Shown here piece after piece: positions 59,801 through 64,000 of a DNA stretch of 64,000 nucleotides. A program made the position numbers and the translations under genes. A model generated the notes under the pieces. It was not told the origin of the DNA, did not search any database, and saw nothing but the letters and a program-made list of their open reading frames with translations. The DNA is from an uncultured bacterium (lineage in GTDB: Bacteria > Patescibacteriota > Microgenomatia > Levybacterales > UBA12049): NCBI GenBank assembly GCA_963826535.1, contig CAWGXL010000011.1:448809-512808 (forward strand), in the 5' to 3' direction. The number at the start of each line of letters is the position of its first letter. The first letter of the stretch is position 1.

Positions 59801-62800
59801 AAGATGTCACCGAGGCCGCGGTTGTCGACAACCATGGCGGCGAAGTTGGAGTTGGCTGAGATTGAGGTGGCAGGAGTTGTGGCTAAATTGCCGCGGACAT
59901 CGAGGGTGGCGAGAATTGTATCTGTTCCAATACCTAAGTTCCCACTTTGATCCAATGTCATAAGAGGATTGGTGTTACGGATTTCACCTGCTGTTGTATA
60001 ATCCCATGAAAATTTATCACCGTCATTCATTCCTGCCATCCAGGCATTTGCGCCTGTATTTGCATTTCTATATGTTATGTATTTTTCACCAGTGTCTCCT
60101 CCGGTGTTTGCGCCTATGGTGATGGTTGTGTCTACAGTTCCACCACCGTCACCAAGAAATGAAGCAACATTCTCAATAGCAGTTCCTGTAGTCCTTACGT
60201 CCAATCTGGCTAATGGGTTCGTCGTGCCGATGCCGACGTTGCCTGCACCATTGGGGTTGAGGAGGATGTTACCAGTGGTGTTGTGGGTTGAGGAGTTTCC
60301 TAGAGTAAGTGTCCCTCTGTTAGTGGTTGCGAGTGAGCCATCGCCTGTAATGTAGACTGCGTTGTTGCCGGAATTGGCAGAAATGGAGGCTGTTGGGGTA
60401 CCGCCTGCGACGTTGAGGAAGCCGAATTTGGCTGAGGTTGTGGCTGTTGATCCGAGTAGAAGATCATCGGTTATATTGGTGGGAGCGAGAGCGCCTGAGT
60501 TTCTTTGCCAGAAGCCAACTACTCCGGAGGACGCACAGCTTTGTCCGCTGATACAGAGAGTTCCTGTTGCATCGGGTAGAGTCCAGGTTTGAGCGCTTGT
60601 TGCGGCAGAGGCTAGGGTACTTAGGAAGTTTGTGGTTCCGGCAAGTTGGAGATTGCCATTGTTTAGAATGGTAAACTTGGTGGCTCCACTCTTGGAAGCT
60701 GTGAAGAGGTCGCCTGAACCATTGTTGTTTACTAACATAGTGGCGAAATTGGTGGAGCCTGAGAGAGAGGAGATGGGAGTGGTGGCGGAGTTGCCTCTGA
60801 TGTCGAGGGTGGCGAGGGGGGAGGTGGTGCCGATGCCGACGTTGCCAATACTTGAGATACGCATGCGTTCAGCAAAGGCAACTCCTGCCTGAACGGTGTA
60901 AAATCCAAGATAGCCATTATTGTTTCCACTAGTGCTGTTTTCTTTAGCGCCCCGAATACCTCCAAAGACACCAGGATCATTACTAGCACGATTACCACCC
61001 AAAGAAACCATGGCTCCAACATCTGTTCCATGGGCGTCTGTTGTGAATGCTGTGATATTGCCGAGGTTGGTAGTTGAAGCAACAACTGACGTGCCGGAAA
61101 AGGCATTTGGTGCATAAACCTGCAACTTGGTATCCGGAGATGTCGTGCCAATGCCCACATTGCCGTTTTGTTTGATGACAAATCTGTTGAGGCCGGAGGA
61201 GGAAGCTGTGAAGAGATCGCCGAGGCCTTTGTTGTCGACTACTAAGGCGGCGAAGGAGGATTGGGCGGAGATGGAGGCGGCGGGGGTGGTGCCGGAGTTG
61301 CCGCGGACGTCCAGGGTGGCGAGGGGGGAGGTGGTGTTGATGCCGACGTTGCCGGAAGTGTCAATCCGCATGCGTTCACTACTCGAAGATGTCTTGAAGA
61401 CTAAGCTCGCGTTCGAGGCAGCTAATGAAATCTCTCCAGCCCCTGAGTAACCCAATCTTCCGTTGATACTACTACTATCAACATAAGTCGGTCCCCAGCG
61501 AATCAGAGAATCGTCTGAACCAGTAGTGGAAAAAACGTCTAGAACACTAGTTGAGAATTGACTTAATGTGGCTGGAGTAGAGCCGTTATAGAGATAGGTT
61601 TTGCCGTTGTACACTTCCAGCCCGGAGTTAGTGACTGCGCCATTCCCTTTTACCGTTAATGGTGAAGTAGGACTTGTGACACCGATGCCTACATTGCCGG
61701 TGCCGTTGGGGTTGAGGAGGATGTTGCCGGTGGTGTTGTAGTTTGAAGAGTTGCCGATGGTGAGCGTGCCTCGGTTGGTTGTTGCGAGTGTGCCATCGGC
61801 TGTTAAGTATGCACCTACACCATTTAGGCCTGAGGAGACTGAGGCGATTGGAGTTCCTCCTGCCATATTGAGAACGGCGAATTTGGCAGAAGTTGTAGCA
61901 GTTCCACCAATCAGGAGATCTTTGGTGCTGTTGTTGGGGTAAAGCGCTCCAGCTGTGGAATCCCACCAATTGGTTCCTGCACCTAGAGCACAGCTTTGCC
62001 AAGTGGGGGCAGAAGCACCTGAGACAAGACAGAGGTTTTGTGAGGCTGTGGTGGCTTGGGCTAAGACACCTGTGGTTTGGGTGCCGTAGAGCACAGCATT
62101 TTGCCCTGTGAAGCCCGGAAGAGTAATTCCTTGGCCTGATCTGCCAAGGGTGAGAGTGGTGGCATTAGTTGTACCGATACCAAGAGTACCGGCTGTCAAA
62201 GTATCAATGTTCTGTGCAGCTGCGATTCTAAGATCGCCTCCATTTGTGATGACAAACTTGGTTATTCCTCCTGCAGAAGCAGTTAAAATATCTTGATTTT
62301 CAATTTGGTCAAATATTGCCAGGGATTTGCCTGTTGTCCCAAAGCTCAAAGGTCGGGATACATGCAACTGGCTGATAGGACTACCTTCTCCAACACCAAG
62401 TTGTCCGTTTGAGAGAATAGTCATTCGGTTATTAAACCCGCTTGTTCCCCGTGTATAGAATTCCAGTTGAGCATAGGCGTTGGATTGATCAATATTTTTG
62501 GAAGCTATGCCTGAGGTAATAGCGCCGGAGCCGTGGAAAGAAAGTTCTGTAAAGTTATTTGTGGTTGAATCGCTATTTCTAATACCCAGATGCGAGAAAG
62601 AAGAGAAGGCGGCAGTTGATGGGTTGGCGCGGTTAATATCCAGAGCATATTGAGCTGCTCTGTTAATTCCAACACCTCCGGTATTATTGAGAGGGGAGAG
62701 TGTGATATTGCCTGTTGTATCACCTCCCAGAGTTAAGGTCTGGTTGGCGGTAGATTGGATAGTTGGTGTTCCGTAGAGTTTGAGTGCTCCTGAGATGGAG

Positions 62801-64000
62801 GCTGTACCATTGACGTCGAGAAGGGCAGTTGGGGTGGTGGTGCCAATGCCGATATTGCCGCTGCTATTAATCCTCATTCTTTCTGAGCCTGCGGTTGAGA
62901 ATGCGATGGTGCCGCCTGTGTAGGCGTCGAAGTTATATTTGTAGACTTCGTCGTCAGCATCATCAGAAATCCAGAAAAAGCCATTGTAGAAGGTTATGCC
63001 ATCCGGATCGCCGTTGCCGCTCGCAGTTGTATCAAAGGATGTTCCAGTATACGTTCCGTCGGTGTTGAATTTGTAGACTTCGTCATCACCATCATCAGGA
63101 ATCCAGAAATAGCCATTGTAGTAGGTTATGCCTTCCGGATCGTCGCTTCCGATGGCGTTGGTGTCAAAGGAAGTGCCGGTATAAGTGCCGTCGGTGTTGT
63201 ATTTGTAGACTTCGTCATCACCATCATCAGCTATCCAGAAATAGCCATTATAATACGTTATGCTTTCCGGATCGGCATTACCGCTGCCAGCTGTGTCAAA
63301 GGAAGTGCCGGTATAAGTGCCGTCGGTGTTGTATTTGTAGACTGCATCGTCAGTCTCATCAGGAATCCAGAAATAGCCATTGTAGTAGGTTATGCCTTTT
63401 GGGTTGTCGTTTCCGCTGGCGACTGTATCAAAGGAGCTGTTGGTATAAGTGCCGTCGGTGTTGTATTTGTAGACTTCGCCATCTATGTCATCCGTAATCC
63501 AGAAATAGCCGTTGTAATAGATTATGCCCTCGGAATTATCATTTCCGCTAGCGGATAGGTCAAATGAGGTGCCAGTGTAACCGGAGGTACCGTTTCCGGA
63601 ACTCAAAGCAAGGGTGTGGCCGGTGCCTCCGGTTCCAGTGCCAAAGCCGTAGAATCCTTGGCCGGTTGTCCCGAGGGCGAGGTTGCTAGTTTGGATATTT
63701 CCATCCGCTCTAATGTCACCGCGTACGGCTAATGCTGCGGCGGGGGAGGCGTTGCCTCCGATACCAACCCAACCTACACCGCTAGGATTTATGAGTATGT
63801 CTCCTGTTGTGTTGAAGGCGGAGGAGTTTCCAATTGTTAGTGTTCCCCTGTTTGCTGTGGCGAGTGTTCCATTGCCTGTGAGGTAGGCTGCATTGTTTCC
63901 TGAATTGGCTGAGATGCTCGCAGTTGGAGTACCGCCTGCGACATTGAGGAAGCCGAATTTGGCAGAGGTTGTGGCTGTACCGCCAACTAAGAGGTCAAGT
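53830..64000 (-). CDS. giant repeat protein (more than 3389 aa; N-terminus lies beyond the window): three beta-propeller-like modules of YYNGYFWI..D.DDEVYKYNTDGTYTGTSFDT blades, G/S/T/N-rich fibre repeats, tail-fibre-like C-terminus
   Basis: The reading frame is open from 63606 to the window edge with no stop, and the track start at 63606 is an internal TTG. Three clusters of 5-6 blade repeats of about 40 aa. Repeated ATLDVRGNSGTTPAASISAQSSFAALVVDNKGLGDLFTASSSGLNRFVIKQNGN units. Long near-identical intragenic DNA repeats. Confidence 0.7.
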   Translation of the reverse strand, partial: LDLLVGGTATTSAKFGFLNVAGGTPTASISANSGNNAAYLTGNGTLATANRGTLTIGNSSAFNTTGDILINPSGVGWVGIGGNASPAAALAVRGDIRADGNIQTSNLALGTTGQGFYGFGTGTGGTGHTLALSSGNGTSGYTGTSFDLSASGNDNSEGIIYYNGYFWITDDIDGEVYKYNTDGTYTNSSFDTVASGNDNPKGITYYNGYFWIPDETDDAVYKYNTDGTYTGTSFDTAGSGNADPESITYYNGYFWIADDGDDEVYKYNTDGTYTGTSFDTNAIGSDDPEGITYYNGYFWIPDDGDDEVYKFNTDGTYTGTSFDTTASGNGDPDGITFYNGFFWISDDADDEVYKYNFDAYTGGTIAFSTAGSERMRINSSGNIGIGTTTPTALLDVNGTASISGALKLYGTPTIQSTANQTLTLGGDTTGNITLSPLNNTGGVGINRAAQYALDINRANPSTAAFSSFSHLGIRNSDSTTNNFTELSFHGSGAITSGIASKNIDQSNAYAQLEFYTRGTSGFNNRMTILSNGQLGVGEGSPISQLHVSRPLSFGTTGKSLAIFDQIENQDILTASAGGITKFVITNGGDLRIAAAQNIDTLTAGTLGIGTTNATTLTLGRSGQGITLPGFTGQNAVLYGTQTTGVLAQATTASQNLCLVSGASAPTWQSCALGAGTNWWDSTAGALYPNNSTKDLLIGGTATTSAKFAVLNMAGGTPIASVSSGLNGVGAYLTADGTLATTNRGTLTIGNSSNYNTTGNILLNPNGTGNVGIGVTSPTSPLTVKGNGAVTNSGLEVYNGKTYLYNGSTPATLSQFSTSVLDVFSTTGSDDSLIRWGPTYVDSSSINGRLGYSGAGEISLAASNASLVFKTSSSSERMRIDTSGNVGINTTSPLATLDVRGNSGTTPAASISAQSSFAALVVDNKGLGDLFTASSSGLNRFVIKQNGNVGIGTTSPDTKLQVYAPNAFSGTSVVASTTNLGNITAFTTDAHGTDVGAMVSLGGNRASNDPGVFGGIRGAKENSTSGNNNGYLGFYTVQAGVAFAERMRISSIGNVGIGTTSPLATLDIRGNSATTPISSLSGSTNFATMLVNNNGSGDLFTASKSGATKFTILNNGNLQLAGTTNFLSTLASAATSAQTWTLPDATGTLCISGQSCASSGVVGFWQRNSGALAPTNITDDLLLGSTATTSAKFGFLNVAGGTPTASISANSGNNAVYITGDGSLATTNRGTLTLGNSSTHNTTGNILLNPNGAGNVGIGTTNPLARLDVRTTGTAIENVASFLGDGGGTVDTTITIGANTGGDTGEKYITYRNANTGANAWMAGMNDGDKFSWDYTTAGEIRNTNPLMTLDQSGNLGIGTDTILATLDVRGNLATTPATSISANSNFAAMVVDNRGLGDIFTASSSGLNRFVIKQNGNIGINTNTPDALLQIAGSTTTLATLLNITDNGSTVFKVDKTQITSAAPHQFTAAGDVSIAYDLQFTNQTASFIKSYGPLTLEAGEIFESNDLTLRTFNRGNINFDLTGEGSSVGINAPLALATFDVRGNSGTTPVASLSGQSSFAALVVDNKGLGDLFTASSSGLPRFTVEQSGKLALFSPVTDIANGNTKIFVGSSPTVTGSLGGGTLTNLQNYGNSGNGLILQYGGSDDSGGIKLTDDGVAIWGAGDEDLFRVINEDNNNIAFSISDTEALFSVANNTTQSFRILDAASTTFFNADSTNQRIGIGTGTNSLFSTLDVRGTSATTPAASISAQSSFASLIVDNSGVGDLFTASKSGKTKFTILNNGNLQLAGTTNVLSTLASAATSTQTWTLPDASGTLCISGQDCATSGVVGYWQRISGALAPSNLTDDLLLGATATTSAKFGFLNVAGGTPTASISANSGNNAAYLTGNGTLATTNRGTLTLGNSSTYNTTGNTLLNPSGVGYVGIGGNASPAAALAVRGDIRADGNIQSNALALGTTGQGFYGFGTATGNAHTLSLSSGNGASGYTGSSFDTAASGNSGLLDITYYNGYFWTVDVGADEVYKFNTDGTYANKSFDTAASGNGDPFGITYYNGYFWIADNVDDEVYKYSTDGIYTGTSFDTAASGNGDPTGITYANGYFWITDFTDSEVYKYSTDGIYTGTSFDTAASGNTQIHGITYYNGYFWTVDGGADEVYKYSTDGVYTGTSFDTAVSGNNDPNGITYYNGYFWISENIDDEVYKYNFDAYTGGSIALSTSGSERMKIDTNGRVIIGTTSAALATLDIRGNNATTPAASISANSHFASLLVDNTGTGDLFTASKSGASKFVIANSGNVGIGTTSPLAALQVGNNGDTNFPKSIFSSDYSSGTPFANYVGNWNNSGAWGLGAATTSGTDNTLRIGNVPTSGTYNSWSPTQNLRLLLGGSTANSAQATFDVRSNLGTEPAASISAQSSFAAMVVDNKGVGDLFTASSSGLNRFVIKQNGNVGIGTTNPQETLNVVGSISLEHQSTVAGSLGLTFSDPDTREESHSIYMNSTDNSLRFAGWNGSSWVDRMTMTTAGNIGIGGSASPAAALAVRGDIRADGNIEANNLVLGTTGQGFYGFGTATGSAYTLALSSGNGSSGYTNSSFDTAASGNGNPTGITNYNGYFWITDTSDALVYKYNTDGSYANFSFDTAASGNGDPRAMTYYNGYFWITDASDAEVYKHNTTGTYTGTSFDTAASGNDTPRGITYYNGYFWIVDAADEEVYKYNTDGTYANFSFDTAPSSNTNPNGITYYNGYFWITDATDDEVYKYSTTGTYTGTSFDTAAGGSDAPVGMTYYNGYFWITDITDARVYKYNFDAYTGGNIALSTAGSERMRIDSTGLVGIGTTTPLWKLHVSNNLVSTASAMIENTGANNTAGHTGLIIRMGAANSATNPNANDAFINFMRGDSNRRGQIIGNGATGVTYQTGGADYAEYFAIDESILPINYTEEDKRNLFPSGTLVCQSDHGVIPCSTTSYPRILGIISDAPAVKGGEEGPDKVIVGLLGQVPARVSAANGPIKYGDLLTASNVPGIAVKASQAGEVIGRALGNYASSDSSSIGSIQIFVSRTWHDPGISISETGDIAITPDPASSDGKFKIADPTGEIKRVGIFSDADIANLTAGKIDARKLSINGIDIADLLNQNTSSSSAQAVLTASDTARFASVEAQLSTLSREALAKWDQLSTLDNKISLLENMTKQIASDAAFLNDLLKSPILSTINASQSAGLQLSLENLDVNLATISGDLNVLGRTTLSDLSVTGNITNGLLSINGLNDDGFAAINTSAGSLKLQSHGLYGLDILDGKIKITENGNITTKGEITVKKINTDKLNIAADTTSSPSATLSTAAGSIIIPAGEISIDVNTSLLTTKSLIFATPDQPIGIGARPKDNNTFSIKLQELQPNDVKVNWWIIN

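Noticed and set aside
49307-63886. Dozens of 60-150-aa ORFs in alternative frames or antisense within the two giant genes (e.g. 49750-50166, 51754-52185, 53837-54184, 57601-58053, 60732-61181)
   Set aside because: They are artefacts of long GC-balanced repetitive coding sequence. Every one overlaps a continuous open frame of more than 1500 codons.
48258-64000. Diversity-generating retroelement (suggested by Avd-family 4HB genes next to giant surface proteins)
   Set aside because: No reverse transcriptase ORF and no recognisable template/variable repeat pair with adenine-specific differences is visible in the window. Kept only as something to test genome-wide.

Overview
This window reads as a Candidate Phyla Radiation (Patescibacteria)-type chromosome segment. 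Intergenic regions are AT-rich. Housekeeping genes include pth, acyP, trxA, trxB, rpsA, radA followed by a PIN/TRAM yacL-like gene, and rho. There is a cell-envelope glycan cluster (UDP-sugar dehydrogenase, UXS-like epimerase/decarboxylase, membrane GT2, GH18-like hydrolase, WbqC-like protein, LmbE-like deacetylase). Three type II toxin-antitoxin modules are present. The rRNA locus runs tRNA-Ala(TGC), then a 23S rRNA of about 4.4 kb, then 5S. The 23S gene is interrupted by a hairpin intervening sequence (IVS) and by three group I introns, one of which encodes a LAGLIDADG homing endonuclease. The accessory content is large. (1) Five paralogs of a cysteine-rich CxxC-repeat protein family, four of them in tandem and split by a vapBC module. 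(2) A 1550-aa soluble protein with a C-terminal nucleotidyltransferase-like (GS-x9-DxD) domain, lying between the rRNA operon and an IS481-like element. (3) Two consecutive pairs of a giant surface protein gene plus a small four-helix-bundle gene (23S-IVS-protein/Avd family). The first giant is 1506 aa with LamG lectin repeats; the second is more than 3389 aa, has beta-propeller and fibre repeats, and runs off the window. (4) Two interspersed repeat families. One is an AT-rich palindromic element family, with one copy forming the 23S IVS and others bracketing the four-helix-bundle genes and separating two tandem tRNA-Ala genes. The other is a GGATTCCCGC..GCGGGAATGACAA hairpin family. No CRISPR array is present. 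A DGR was considered because of the Avd-like genes, but no reverse transcriptase or template/variable repeat pair is visible in the window.
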